A stretch of DNA of 64,000 nucleotides from Candidatus Giovannonibacteria bacterium. GTDB lineage: Bacteria > Patescibacteriota > Minisyncoccia > JACPKW01 > UBA11713. This document shows, piece after piece, positions 19,848 to 30,064 of the stretch. The position numbers and the translations under genes were made by a program. Below the pieces are notes generated by a model. That model was given only the letters and a program-made list of their open reading frames with translations. It was not told where the DNA came from and made no database searches. The stretch is from assembly GCA_016186825.1 (NCBI GenBank), contig JACPKW010000006.1:3191-67190 (forward strand). Direction: 5' to 3'. Position 1 is the first letter of the stretch; every line of letters starts with the position of its first letter.

Positions 19848-19905
19848 ATTAGGAGAACACGTCATCACTAAAAATAAGTTTAGAGTTTTTTGCGATAAAT
19901 CTTTG

Positions 19906-19977
19906 CGCCCCCGTTCCGAGTCGAACGGAAATCTAGGGCTTAGGAGTCCCTTGTTCTGTCCCTTGAACTACGGGGGC
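19906..19977 (-). tRNA. tRNA-Arg (CCT)
   Basis: GCCCCCG/CGGGGGC acceptor, loop CTCCTAA, TTCGACT T-loop. Confidence 0.8.
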
Positions 19978-20078
19978 GAAAAAAATGTTTAACGGGAAGG
20001 TTATCCCTTTATGTATAGCATATTCGGCTGATATTCTTAATTTAATCAAAAACTATTCAACAATTTAACAAACAAACC

Positions 20079-21143
20079 ATGACTGAACACGAAAAGAAGA
20101 TAATAAGCGCTGTAGATGCAGCCCTGCCGGCAGTTGTTTCAATAAGCATCACAAAAGAGGCAAATGATATTGCCCGCGATTTGCCGCTCGAGTTTTTTCG
20201 CTTGCCGCACTCGGAAGAATTTTTACAATATGAAATTGACCATGCTCCGAAAGACGACCAGGGCAGAATTAAAGTCGGCGGAGGATCGGGCTTTTTTATC
20301 TCTGCCGACGGGCTTATTTTGACAAACCGGCATGTCGTTACCGATGTTCACGCGAAATATTCTGTAGTTACGGACGGAGAAAAAAAATTTGATGCAGTCG
20401 TTCAGGCGCGCGATCCTATAAATGATGTCGCAATTCTGAAAATCGTTTCAAACGGGGGGTTTCCTTTTATAAAACTTGGCGAAACAAAAGACCTTAAACT
20501 TGGGCAAACTGTCGTCGCGGTCGGAAATGCGCTCGGAGAATTTCAAAATACGGTTTCAACAGGAGTTGTCTCGGGCCTTTCCCGATTCATTCAGGCCGGA
20601 AGCGACATGATGGGGCATCAAGAGCGTTTGCGCGGCCTTATCCAAACGGATGCCGCGATCAATCCGGGGAACTCCGGCGGACCCCTTGTGAATCTAAACG
20701 GGGAAGTGATCGGAATAAATGTCGCCGTAGTTTTCGGCGCGCAGAACATCGGCTTTGCGATTCCAATCGAACGCGCGAAGAAAGATCTGGAAGAAATTCA
20801 AAAATTCGGACGCATCCGCAGGCCGTATCTTGGGGTGCGCTATATGCTCTTAAATAAATTCCTAAAAGATCGCTTTAAGCTGCCGATTGATTATGGAGCG
20901 CTCGTGATAAATGAAGGCGCGCCTGGAGATTTCGCCGTGATTCCAAATTCCCCAGCCGCAAAAGCAGGGCTCAAAGAATTTGATGTCATAACGGGCTGCG
21001 AAGGAAAAGAGATTTCAGAGAAAGAAACTCTGGAAGACATGCTTTCTTCCCATGAAATCGGCGACGAAATCGAGCTAAAGATATATCGCGAGGGTAACGA
21101 AAAAACCGCCAGTTTGAAACTTGCGGAATTTATGCAAGTTTAG
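20079..21143 (+). CDS. HtrA/DegP-family trypsin-like serine protease with C-terminal PDZ domain
   Basis: 354 aa; TNRHVV (His), D, GNSGGPLVN (Ser) catalytic motifs. Confidence 0.85.
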   Translation: MTEHEKKIISAVDAALPAVVSISITKEANDIARDLPLEFFRLPHSEEFLQYEIDHAPKDDQGRIKVGGGSGFFISADGLILTNRHVVTDVHAKYSVVTDGEKKFDAVVQARDPINDVAILKIVSNGGFPFIKLGETKDLKLGQTVVAVGNALGEFQNTVSTGVVSGLSRFIQAGSDMMGHQERLRGLIQTDAAINPGNSGGPLVNLNGEVIGINVAVVFGAQNIGFAIPIERAKKDLEEIQKFGRIRRPYLGVRYMLLNKFLKDRFKLPIDYGALVINEGAPGDFAVIPNSPAAKAGLKEFDVITGCEGKEISEKETLEDMLSSHEIGDEIELKIYREGNEKTASLKLAEFMQV

Positions 21144-21151
21144 ACAGACTT

Positions 21152-21388
21152 TTATTTGAGGTCCAAAAGTTCGGACAGCCTTTCCTGATCAAAGCCCACC
21201 ACGATCTGCCCATCAATGATCGTAACCGGCACTCCTAGCTGGCCGGATTTTTGGATCATTTCATCCCGAGCCTTCACGTCAGAAGCCACATTGAGCTCCT
21301 TATATTCTATGTTATTTTTCGCAAAAAAATCCTTGGTCATTTTGCAGTAAACGCAGATTGGGGTCGTATAAATTGAAACGTTTTTCAT
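21152..21388 (-). CDS. glutaredoxin/NrdH-like redoxin
   Basis: 78 aa; CVYC active-site motif, thioredoxin fold pattern. Confidence 0.75.
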   Translation of the reverse strand: MKNVSIYTTPICVYCKMTKDFFAKNNIEYKELNVASDVKARDEMIQKSGQLGVPVTIIDGQIVVGFDQERLSELLDLK

Positions 21389-21426
21389 AAAAAAATTATA
21401 ACAAACTTTTTGAATAATATTGCATG

Positions 21427-22155
21427 TTAATAACCTGTAAATTCCTCGAAACGCATCTCATCTCTCGAAATCCCAACTTTTTCAAGAGATTCCGTAACGC
21501 CTTTTACCATTCCGGGAGGGCCCACGATATAAAAAATGGAACTGCTCAAGTCTTCTATTTTATTTTTTATAAAATTTTCGTCAATATATCCAGTTTCACC
21601 GCGCCAATTGTCCTCGGGGGCTACTTGAGTCATTGTCGCTATCACTTTCAAATTTGGGTTTTTGTGCTCCCAGTTATTCAGGTCACGAAGGAAAGCGGCG
21701 CCGCGCGGATTTCGATTAGAATAGAGCAGTGTAATTTTATGCGGGAGTTTTTCCTCGGTCGCATATTTGATAATGCTTCTCGATAAAGTAATCCCTATCC
21801 CGCCCGCGATGAATACAGCTTTTTTGTCTGTTTTTTCATGCAAAGAAAACATTCCAAAAGGCCCATCCGCCATAATTTCGGCTCCAAAAGGCAGCTCGAG
21901 CAAACTTCTTTTAAAAGCCGAGCCTGTCATCCTTGAAGCAATCATTATAATCCCGCGGTCATTCGGACTTGAAGCAATTGAAAAATCACGCGAATTGCCT
22001 TTTTCATCCGTATACAGAGGGTTTTCCAAAGTTAATGTGACAAATTGTCCCGCCCTAAAATTGAAATCGGGAGTGACGGAAGTATCCCAGATAAATGCAA
22101 CTGTGCCTTCTGCAACTTCATGACGCTCTTTTAACGAAAATTTATATTGAGACAT
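21427..22155 (-). CDS. FAD/NAD(P)-binding oxidoreductase (ferredoxin-reductase-type)
   Basis: 242 aa; RAGQFVTLT / RDFSIASSP FAD-binding and GGIGITL NAD-binding motifs. Confidence 0.75.
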   Translation of the reverse strand: MSQYKFSLKERHEVAEGTVAFIWDTSVTPDFNFRAGQFVTLTLENPLYTDEKGNSRDFSIASSPNDRGIIMIASRMTGSAFKRSLLELPFGAEIMADGPFGMFSLHEKTDKKAVFIAGGIGITLSRSIIKYATEEKLPHKITLLYSNRNPRGAAFLRDLNNWEHKNPNLKVIATMTQVAPEDNWRGETGYIDENFIKNKIEDLSSSIFYIVGPPGMVKGVTESLEKVGISRDEMRFEEFTGY

Positions 22156-22228
22156 TTATAAATTATAAGTAATTGTCTTTAAAAAAACAAAACGGCTCAG
22201 ACCCAAGTGAATAATATGTGAGAAAAAT

Positions 22229-22516
22229 TTAGAAAATCAAAATCGCAATTAATGCAAGAAGGGCAACAATCCCCAAAACCGCATAAAGCCGGTAACTTTG
22301 CTCTTGCACTATCTTTATTTTTTCTGATTTATTCGAAGCGACAGAATTGGAGTATGAAAGTTTCCGAAGCAAATTGTCCGAATTAAAAGTATCCTCGTAG
22401 CTCGCCAAACGTCCCACGAACAGGTTGCACGAATTGCAGAACAGCAATTCTTTTCTTGGCTCAAGACCCGTTTGGCAAATCGGGCAGCTGTGTTTTGCAT
22501 TGATTTCCATGCCCAA
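22229..22516 (-). CDS. hypothetical zinc-ribbon protein with C-terminal TM helix
   Basis: 95 aa; CPICQ...CNSC. Confidence 0.4.
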   Translation of the reverse strand: MGMEINAKHSCPICQTGLEPRKELLFCNSCNLFVGRLASYEDTFNSDNLLRKLSYSNSVASNKSEKIKIVQEQSYRLYAVLGIVALLALIAILIF

Positions 22517-22577
22517 TTCTTAGCATGTCGGTTTAAAAAAATAAAGCGGTGAAGCGCTCGTTTCTTGATAATCCTTG

Positions 22578-22650
22578 GGTGCCTATCGGGACTTGAACCC
22601 GAACCGAGAGTTCCACAAACTCTAGTGCTAACCATTACACTATAGGCACC
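22578..22650 (-). tRNA. tRNA-His (GTG) with encoded G-1
   Basis: G-1 + GTGCCTA acceptor, loop TTGTGGA, discriminator C. Confidence 0.85.
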
Positions 22651-22705
22651 ATGTTGAAACAATGAGAAAATTATTTCTCATTCGGGCGGCAAGTACAGAC
22701 CAAAT

Positions 22706-22957
22706 TTATGCTTCCAGTCTATAAACCCGCGATCCTTCCTTGGCAGCTTGAGTAACTTTCACTGCAACTTCTTTCCCCGCTTCCGCAGACTGTATCGATT
22801 TTCGATCAATCTCCATTGATTCGATATCTTGAGTAAATTCATTTCCGCCTTTTTTTATTTTTACCTGATCGCCTACAGCAAGATAACCGGAAAGTTTCAT
22901 TACTGCAACCCCGGCCTTGTCAAAATAATGAATTACTTTACCAACTTCTTGATCCAT
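22706..22957 (-). CDS. hypothetical small beta-barrel protein
   Basis: 83 aa, no confident family. Confidence 0.35.
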   Translation of the reverse strand: MDQEVGKVIHYFDKAGVAVMKLSGYLAVGDQVKIKKGGNEFTQDIESMEIDRKSIQSAEAGKEVAVKVTQAAKEGSRVYRLEA

Positions 22958-23036
22958 ATTTTTTTAAATTATGCGATGACCTTTAAAACCCGCGAGGGCC
23001 ACAACCCTATCCTACACTACAAAAAAAAGCGGTCAA

Positions 23037-23570
23037 TCAGAGTACTTTTTCAAAATGCTGCCAGTCTTTTCGATCTTGCCATTTTCCACCCCAAGACCAT
23101 CCATAGCTTTCAAAAATTTTTACAACAAGGCCATCGGCTAAAATTGTTCCAGGATGATTAGTATTATAAGACGCTCCTTTCGGCCAAACAGATTCATCCA
23201 TGGCAATGTACGGATTTAAAGCCGGATTAATATCGACCGCCAATCCTTTGGCATGGTTTGACAGGCGATTAGTTTTATAAATGAGACGGTAGTTAAAGCA
23301 TGAGGTATTATTATCCTCCATCGAACTCGCGTCATCCCAATCATATTTTGATATAGGAATAATTTTTTCTATCGGAAAACGGCCACTAACCGGAGAATCA
23401 CAAATTTTCTGAAAAATTTCTGCTATTTCGGCCGCTATTTTTTTATTAACAACCAACTCTCCCCGGCAAATTTTTTCTTCAAAAGACCAAAAAGGAACAG
23501 AAATCAATTCGAGTTCATTTAAAATTTCATCCGGAATTTCTTTTCCAAAAACCGCTTCATCAAAAGTCAT
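23037..23570 (-). CDS. M15-family (VanY/LAS-type) zinc D,D-peptidase-like protein
   Basis: 177 aa; SNHAKGLAVDIN (SxHxxGxAxD) motif. Confidence 0.65.
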   Translation of the reverse strand: MTFDEAVFGKEIPDEILNELELISVPFWSFEEKICRGELVVNKKIAAEIAEIFQKICDSPVSGRFPIEKIIPISKYDWDDASSMEDNNTSCFNYRLIYKTNRLSNHAKGLAVDINPALNPYIAMDESVWPKGASYNTNHPGTILADGLVVKIFESYGWSWGGKWQDRKDWQHFEKVL

Positions 23571-23619
23571 GTATTAATTATAGTTAACAGACCCCCTCGA
23601 TCTAGAAAAAATAATTCTG

Positions 23620-23890
23620 AACTTGTGCGCGGGAGAGCCTGCCTGCAGGCAGGGACTTGGTCACGAATAAATTCCTTCTGAATTTTTCTCGACCCCGACT
23701 CGTCTGTTCCGCTCTGCGGAACATGACTCCGGCTTGCAAGTCCTCCCGCAAGTGAAGCAGTTCACTTGCTTCCCGCGACAAAATTGCTTCGCAATTTGTG
23801 CGCGGGAGAGGACTTGCACCTCCACGTCCTTGCGGACACCAGCCCCTCAAGCTGGCCTGTCTTCTAGTTTCAGCACCCGCGCAAATTACA
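23620..23890. other. GC-rich structured intergenic element (candidate ncRNA or repeat)
   Basis: local GC far above flanks; direct repeats TTGTGCGCGGGAGAG at ~23624 and ~23806; palindrome CCTGCCTGCAGGCAGG (23642-23657); hairpin GCAAGTGAA-GCAG-TTCACTTGC (23748-23769); ends GTGCGCGGG / CCCGCGCA can pair. Confidence 0.3.
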
Positions 23891-23956
23891 ATCCGATTAT
23901 ATTCGAAGACTAAAAGAGCTTCAATGAAAAATTAAACTGGGTTTAAAAAGGATAAT

Positions 23957-24358
23957 TTATTCTGCTGGTTCGGAGGCAGCTGGGACGGCTTGCACTTGAT
24001 AGGCAACCTGACGCATTTTGCGGCGGGTTTCGCGCTGAGCTTTTTCACGAATGTAATAAAGCTTGGCACGCCGCACTTTAGCGCGGCGTAAAATTTCAAT
24101 TTTTTCAATTACAGGAGAATATAATGGAAAAACCCGCTCCACGCCGACTCCTGCTGAAACTTTTCTCACTGTAAAAGTAGCTCCTGCTTCGCGTCCGTGT
24201 TTTCGCGCCAAAACCAGCCCTTCAAAAGCCTGTAGGCGCATCTTGTCGCCCTCTTTAATTTTTTGCCAAATGCGAATTGAATCACCCGGACGAATATCCA
24301 TTTTTTTGCGCTCTTCCATATCTGTCGGTGAAAATTTTGTATTCAATATTGCAGTCAC
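23957..24358 (-). CDS. rplS: 50S ribosomal protein L19
   Basis: 133 aa; bL19 signature region. Confidence 0.85.
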   Translation of the reverse strand: MTAILNTKFSPTDMEERKKMDIRPGDSIRIWQKIKEGDKMRLQAFEGLVLARKHGREAGATFTVRKVSAGVGVERVFPLYSPVIEKIEILRRAKVRRAKLYYIREKAQRETRRKMRQVAYQVQAVPAASEPAE

Positions 24359-25071
24359 GATTTTCCATTTATATCAGCTTCCGAAAGCTTTTGCAAGACT
24401 TTCTGCAAATCTTCCGGTAAATCTGCTTCTAGCTTTATGTTTAGTCCTGTCGGCAGAGCAAGCTCCAAAGTGGAAGCATGGAGAAATTGCCGCGCTAGTC
24501 CGAAAGGGCAGACAAATTTTTTGCCGGCATATAAAGAATCACAAACAACTGGATAACCGATTGCTGATAAATGCGAGCGAATCTGATGTGTCCTTCCGGT
24601 TTTTGGCGATACTTCCAAAAATGTGAAGCCCTTGAAACGTCCTAAAACGCGCCATTTCGTCAAAGCTTCTCTTGTTTTTCCTTTCAACCTTTTCCCGCTT
24701 ACGCGCTTTGAAGGATATTTTGTTGAACGTCCGATCGGTAAGTTGATAGTCCCGCTTTCGTTTTTTACATTTCCAACTACCAGGGCTTTATATTTCTTTT
24801 CAATTTTTCGCTCCTGAAATTGCGTTTTTAAAAAATCAAAAGTTTTCTGATTTTTTGCAATGAGAATTGCGCCTGAAGTGTCTTTGTCTAGGCGATGCAC
24901 AATGCCTGGACGCATCAGATCGCCCACTTTCTTTATTTCAGGATATTTTTCGAGAATCTCATCGATTAGCGTTCCACCGCCGCCTGGCGGATGAGCCTTA
25001 TCATGATGCACGACGACTCCCGCCGATTTATTTATCGCGAGAATATCGCAATCTTCGTAAATTATTTGCAT
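24355..25071 (-). CDS. RluA-family pseudouridine synthase
   Basis: 238 aa; HRLDKDTSG catalytic Asp motif. Confidence 0.85.
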   Translation of the reverse strand: MQIIYEDCDILAINKSAGVVVHHDKAHPPGGGGTLIDEILEKYPEIKKVGDLMRPGIVHRLDKDTSGAILIAKNQKTFDFLKTQFQERKIEKKYKALVVGNVKNESGTINLPIGRSTKYPSKRVSGKRLKGKTREALTKWRVLGRFKGFTFLEVSPKTGRTHQIRSHLSAIGYPVVCDSLYAGKKFVCPFGLARQFLHASTLELALPTGLNIKLEADLPEDLQKVLQKLSEADINGKS

Positions 25072-25586
25072 TAATGGTTCACTGGAGCCTGCAGCTCGGC
25101 AGCAACTTTCACCGCCATGCGGTTTATCACAACCGCGCCAGCCATAACGATCAATGTGATTACTATCCCAACGCCAAACTTAAGCACGTCATCAGCGCCA
25201 TCCCAGCCCCAAAAATATCCATATCCAATCCCATAAGCGCCCGCAAAAATTGTCCCGGCTCCAATACTAGTTCCCAAGCCCGAAATAAAAGCAATAATTC
25301 CTAAAAGCAGAATTACAATGCCTACAACATTTGATGCGATAAAGATTTTTCCTCCATAAGTTTTCATATCTTCATCATATTGCTTTTGAGCATCCTTCAA
25401 GTCATTTTGCCTTTGGGTGTAAGTATTTTCGTCATAAGGAATAGACGGAATAGAGTAATCATAAGTGGGACGTTCCGGAGGAGGGATAAAAATCTTTAGC
25501 CCCAAAATAATGAGCACGGCCAGAACGGCGGCGATTGTTGCGCCGATGAAAAAGTTTACAATCGCAAATTTTCGCATTGGGTTCAT
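25071..25586 (-). CDS. hypothetical membrane protein
   Basis: 171 aa, 3-4 TM helices, G-rich. Confidence 0.4.
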   Translation of the reverse strand: MNPMRKFAIVNFFIGATIAAVLAVLIILGLKIFIPPPERPTYDYSIPSIPYDENTYTQRQNDLKDAQKQYDEDMKTYGGKIFIASNVVGIVILLLGIIAFISGLGTSIGAGTIFAGAYGIGYGYFWGWDGADDVLKFGVGIVITLIVMAGAVVINRMAVKVAAELQAPVNH

Positions 25587-25606
25587 AAATTAAAATTAAA
25601 TAATAA

Positions 25607-26164
25607 TTAAAAAATAGGATACAAAAGTAAAGGAGGTCTCCTGTCAGTCTTCTCATAACGGATCTGAACTTTTTCGCTGTTTTCAAACTGCAAGCCTGTT
25701 AATTCATACGTTACAGTTCCGGACCATTCTGATGCTATCTGCGGACCGCCGAATTCAAATTCCTTAATATAATTTTTCTTAAGAGTTCCGTAAACGGAAA
25801 GATTTTCTTCCCAGATCGGATTTTTATCTTTATTCAGATACATTACTTTGAAAGTCAGGCTGGTAACAATCTCGTCTCCCAAATTTTGAACCTTCCCGAT
25901 ATACTTTTTAAGGCGAGGACTGGTTTGATAGCTGTAACTTGGAACAGTCTCATTTGTAAAAGTAAACTTCAAATTCGAGAAATAATCCTTTGCTTCGTTT
26001 TCTGAAATTTCGCTATCTTGTTCAATTTTCCCTCCTTCCTCATTTGATTTTTCTCCCATATTTGATTGAGCTTTATAGAAAATCAGAAATCCCCCTCCGA
26101 TTATAAGAGCAAGAACAAGTAAGATGCTCAAAACAAAAACTTCTTTATTTTTTACCACACTCAT
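25607..26164 (-). CDS. hypothetical anchored secreted protein
   Basis: 185 aa, N-terminal TM. Confidence 0.4.
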   Translation of the reverse strand: MSVVKNKEVFVLSILLVLALIIGGGFLIFYKAQSNMGEKSNEEGGKIEQDSEISENEAKDYFSNLKFTFTNETVPSYSYQTSPRLKKYIGKVQNLGDEIVTSLTFKVMYLNKDKNPIWEENLSVYGTLKKNYIKEFEFGGPQIASEWSGTVTYELTGLQFENSEKVQIRYEKTDRRPPLLLYPIF

Positions 26165-26292
26165 TTTTTACCATAAATATGAGCTTTCGGCCATGGGGAG
26201 AATTAGGAATGCTTAGTTGGAATAATTTGTTGTTATCCTTTATCCAGAACTTCATTATTTCAGTTTACATCTAGAGGGTTGGAATCGAAGTG

Positions 26293-26364
26293 TGCGCGCA
26301 CGAGGGATTGAACCTCGGGCCTTCACAATGTCAATGTGACGCTCTACCACTGAGCTATGCGCGC
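26293..26364 (-). tRNA. tRNA-Val (GAC)
   Basis: GCGCGCA acceptor, loop TTGACAT. Confidence 0.85.
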
Positions 26365-26373
26365 ATATTATTT

Positions 26374-26703
26374 CTAATTTTTCAAAACAAAACCGATTCT
26401 CTTCATCGCAATAAAACCATAACCCCATGCGATCGGAAGCCAGAACGGGATACCCCATAGATTGGGGTTGGTAAAAGACTGATAGCCGCTCACTTGTGTC
26501 CCGATAACTTCTACAATCAATCCTATAATAATTCCGTATACAAAAATAATAAATTCTGTTTTGTCCTTATGCCAGAAAATCAGGGCGAGCGTTAAAACCA
26601 GATAAATAATAAACAGCAAAATATTATTTTGCCAAAATAAGTAAGAAAGCAAAATCCCTAAAAATATCGGCAGAGTTTCTAAAAAAATTTTGTGGCTTTT
26701 CAT
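26374..26703 (-). CDS. hypothetical membrane protein
   Basis: 109 aa, 3 TM, between two tRNAs. Confidence 0.4.
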   Translation of the reverse strand: MKSHKIFLETLPIFLGILLSYLFWQNNILLFIIYLVLTLALIFWHKDKTEFIIFVYGIIIGLIVEVIGTQVSGYQSFTNPNLWGIPFWLPIAWGYGFIAMKRIGFVLKN

Positions 26704-26704
26704 G

Positions 26705-26776
26705 CGGCCCCACCGGGAATCGAACCCGGATTTACGCCTTGAAAGAGCGCTGTCCTAACCATTAGACGATGGGGCC
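26705..26776 (-). tRNA. tRNA-Glu (TTC)
   Basis: GGCCCCA acceptor, loop CTTTCAA. Confidence 0.85.
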
Positions 26777-26827
26777 TTTATTTGCTATGAATTTCATAAT
26801 ATTACAAAAAGGCCGGATAATAAACAA

Positions 26828-27949
26828 ATGGTTATTTTGGCGATTGAAACTTCCTGCGATGAAACCGCAATCGCAATAATTGAAGCTCGCAAAGAAAAAA
26901 GCGGGACGGATTTTAAAATTCTCTCAAACCAGATTGCATCTCAAATAAAAATCCATGCGCCGTTTGGAGGGGTGGTGCCGAATCTGGCAAAAAGAGAGCA
27001 CATTAAAAACTTGCCAATATTATTATACAGAGCTCTGAAAGAGGCTAAGTTAATTCCCATTTCCAAACAAGAATCAAAAAATAGCAACCAAAACCAAAAA
27101 CTATCAACAAAAAACTATAAACTGATAGATGCGATTGCCGTAACTTACGGCCCGGGGCTCGAGCCTGCGCTTTGGACTGGAATAAATTTTGCGCGTGAGC
27201 TCGCAAAAAAATGGCGCGTGCCGCTTGCGCCGGTTAATCATCTTGAAGGGCATATTTATTCCGCATTTATGCGGGGCGCTCAATTCTCAATTCCCCCGCC
27301 TTCGCCAAGGCTTCGGCGGGCAAGCAATTTTCAAATGTTTCCCTTGCTCACATTAATTGTCTCTGGAGGACATACGGAAATGGTACTTTCGAAAAAACAT
27401 TTAAACTATAAGATTTTGGGCGAGACTTTGGACGATGCCGCCGGAGAAGCGTTTGATAAAGTCGCGCGGATGCTCGAACTCGGATACCCCGGAGGACCTT
27501 TGGTTTCCAAACTTGCCTTGAAGGGAAATCCAAACGCAATTAACTTTCCGCGCCCGATGATCCATTCAAAAGATTTGAACTTTAGTTTCTCGGGACTGAA
27601 AACATCGGTTCTCTATTATATCCGCGAATTGCCCCAAACTAAGTTTTGGGCAATGAAAACTGATATCGCTGCCTCTTTTGAAAAAGCTGTGGTGGACGTA
27701 CTCGTCAAAAAAACCTTGGATGCCGTGAAAATATACAAGCCAAGAACTGTTGCGATTGGGGGAGGCGTTGGAGCCAATAATCTTCTCCGCAGTGAGCTTG
27801 TAAAAAAAACTGGCGCTCTCTTGCCGGAGAAAAAATTCACGGGCGACAACGCTGCTATGATTGCAGTCGCAGGATACTACAGATTTCTTGCAAAGAAATT
27901 TAATAAAAATCCAAAAGCCGAAGGAAACTTAAAACTTTCAAAAACTTAG
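26828..27949 (+). CDS. tsaD: tRNA N6-adenosine threonylcarbamoyltransferase TsaD
   Basis: 373 aa; MVILAIETSCDETAIAI; contains low-complexity insert (SKQESKNSNQNQKLSTKNYK). Confidence 0.85.
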   Translation: MVILAIETSCDETAIAIIEARKEKSGTDFKILSNQIASQIKIHAPFGGVVPNLAKREHIKNLPILLYRALKEAKLIPISKQESKNSNQNQKLSTKNYKLIDAIAVTYGPGLEPALWTGINFARELAKKWRVPLAPVNHLEGHIYSAFMRGAQFSIPPPSPRLRRASNFQMFPLLTLIVSGGHTEMVLSKKHLNYKILGETLDDAAGEAFDKVARMLELGYPGGPLVSKLALKGNPNAINFPRPMIHSKDLNFSFSGLKTSVLYYIRELPQTKFWAMKTDIAASFEKAVVDVLVKKTLDAVKIYKPRTVAIGGGVGANNLLRSELVKKTGALLPEKKFTGDNAAMIAVAGYYRFLAKKFNKNPKAEGNLKLSKT

Positions 27950-27970
27950 AAAAATTGCAATAATTCCGTT

Positions 27971-30064
27971 ATGTCAGCAGACTTCACGAAACCATACGAC
28001 CCAAGAACGGTTGAGCCGGAGATCTATAAAAAATGGGAGAAGTCCGGATATTTTAACCCTGATAATTTACCTCAACCCGCCGCCGCTAAAGCTAAGGCGG
28101 GCGAAGCGGGAACTTTTACGATCGCGCTTCCACCTCCGAATGTAACCGGCTCACTTCACTTGGGCCACGCCCTTAACGCAACAATTCAAGATATTTTGAT
28201 CCGCAAAAAAAGAATGGAGGGATACAGAGCGCTCTGGATTCCCGGAACTGATCACGCAGGAATTGCCACGCAAAATATTGTAGAAAAAGAATTAAAAAAA
28301 GATGGGAAAACGCGGCACGATTTGGGTCGCGAAAAATTTTTGGAGCGCGCCTGGGAGTGGAAGGAAAAATACGGAAATATTATTTTAGACCAGTTGAAAA
28401 AACTTGGCTCATCCTGCGATTGGTCGCGAACGCGTTTCACCATGGATCCGGAATATGCCAAAGCCGTTGAAACAGCATTTTTGCACTACCATAAAAAAGG
28501 CTGGATCTATCAGGGCAAACGCGTTATCAACTGGTGCACGCGCTGCCGGACTTCGCTTTCGGATTTGGAGGTTGAATATAAACCAGAAAAGGGGAAACTT
28601 TGGTATATAAAATATCCTCTCAAGGACTCCTCGGAATTTGTAATTGTCGCGACTGTGCGGCCCGAAACCATGCTCGGCGATTCGGCAGTTGCGGTAAATC
28701 CCAAGGATGCGCGTTATAAAAATTTAATCGGGAAAATTGCAATCCTCCCGATTCAAGAGCGTGAAATCCCGATAATTGCAGACCCGCGAATCGAAACGGA
28801 GTTCGGAACGGGCGCTGTGAAAGTTACGCCCGCGCATGACATTCTGGACGAAGCAATCGCCATGGATAACAATCTGATTTCATATCAAGTTATCGGCGAA
28901 GATGGAAAAATGACCGAAGAGGCAGGAGAGAAATTTCAAGGACTCAAAGTTAAAGAAGCTCGCGAGAAAATTGTAGCGCTTCTCGAGAGCTTGGATCTTT
29001 TAGAAAAAACTGAAGATTACGAGCATAATGTCGCATTGTGTTACCGCTGCGGAACAATGCTTGAACCGCTTCGTTCCAAACAATGGTTTTTAAAAATGGC
29101 CGAGCTCGCGAAACTCGCCATCGCAGACGTGAAATCAGGAAAGGTAAAATTTCACCCTGCACGCTGGGAAAAAATTTATTTGGAATGGCTCGATCCTCCG
29201 GTTGGCGGACTCCGAGATTGGTGCGTCTCGCGGCAGATCTGGTGGGGACACAAAATTCCAATCGACGGGGTTGATGACGTTCTTGATACTTGGTTTTCTT
29301 CAGCGCTTTGGCCGTTCGCAACTCTTGGCTGGCCTTCTCAAACGGCGGATCTCAAGACTTTTTATCCGACGCAAATTCTTTCGACTGCGCGCGACATTAT
29401 AAATCTTTGGGTCGCGCGGATGGTTTTTTCATCTGAAGAATTTTTAGGAAAAGCCCCTTTTTTGGACGTAATTATTCATGCGACTATTCTTGCGAAGTCA
29501 GGCGCGCGCATGTCTAAATCGCTCGGCACGGGAGTCGACCCGATGACGCTCATTGAAAAATATGGCGCAGACGCCACACGCTTCGGTTTAATTTGGCAAG
29601 CCATGGGCGGGCAAGACATTAAGTGGTCCGAAGAACATGTTGTGGCAGGAAAGAAATTTTTAAATAAACTTTGGAACGCAAGCAGGTATGTTTTAAGCCG
29701 CAGCGATTCTTCAGATTGTGAAATTTCTAAACCGCCAGATCTAAAATCCGAATCGAATAAAAAAATAATAGCGAGCCTTGAAAAAACAGAGAAAGAAGTA
29801 AATGAGTTAATCGATTCGTATGATTTCGGGCAGGCACTTCACATTTTATATGACTTTTTTTGGCACGAATTTTGCGACAAGCACTTGGAGGAAAGCAAGA
29901 GTGACAGCTCTGAAGAAACAAAAAAAACTTTAATCTTTGTGCTTTCAACTTCTTTAAAACTACTCCATCCTTTTATTCCTCATATCACAGAAAAAATCTG
30001 GGAAAACTTATCCCGCTCTGGAGACCAAGGATACCTTATAATAGAAAGGTGGCCGAAAGCATAA
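27971..30064 (+). CDS. valS: valine--tRNA ligase (short form lacking C-terminal coiled coil)
   Basis: 697 aa; PPPNVTGSLHLGHAL (HIGH) and KMSKSLGTG motifs. Confidence 0.85.
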   Translation: MSADFTKPYDPRTVEPEIYKKWEKSGYFNPDNLPQPAAAKAKAGEAGTFTIALPPPNVTGSLHLGHALNATIQDILIRKKRMEGYRALWIPGTDHAGIATQNIVEKELKKDGKTRHDLGREKFLERAWEWKEKYGNIILDQLKKLGSSCDWSRTRFTMDPEYAKAVETAFLHYHKKGWIYQGKRVINWCTRCRTSLSDLEVEYKPEKGKLWYIKYPLKDSSEFVIVATVRPETMLGDSAVAVNPKDARYKNLIGKIAILPIQEREIPIIADPRIETEFGTGAVKVTPAHDILDEAIAMDNNLISYQVIGEDGKMTEEAGEKFQGLKVKEAREKIVALLESLDLLEKTEDYEHNVALCYRCGTMLEPLRSKQWFLKMAELAKLAIADVKSGKVKFHPARWEKIYLEWLDPPVGGLRDWCVSRQIWWGHKIPIDGVDDVLDTWFSSALWPFATLGWPSQTADLKTFYPTQILSTARDIINLWVARMVFSSEEFLGKAPFLDVIIHATILAKSGARMSKSLGTGVDPMTLIEKYGADATRFGLIWQAMGGQDIKWSEEHVVAGKKFLNKLWNASRYVLSRSDSSDCEISKPPDLKSESNKKIIASLEKTEKEVNELIDSYDFGQALHILYDFFWHEFCDKHLEESKSDSSEETKKTLIFVLSTSLKLLHPFIPHITEKIWENLSRSGDQGYLIIERWPKA

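Noticed and set aside
23602-23850. 82-aa minus-strand ORF in the GC-rich element
   Set aside because: Arg/Gly-rich with no start context. The region is better explained as structured RNA or repeat.
23620-23890. RNase P RNA, tmRNA or SRP RNA at the GC-rich element
   Set aside because: The conserved cores are absent on both strands: AGGAAAGUCCGGGCUCC and GGGUGAAA for RNase P, the tRNA-like ends and tag ORF for tmRNA, GGAAGCAGC for SRP.
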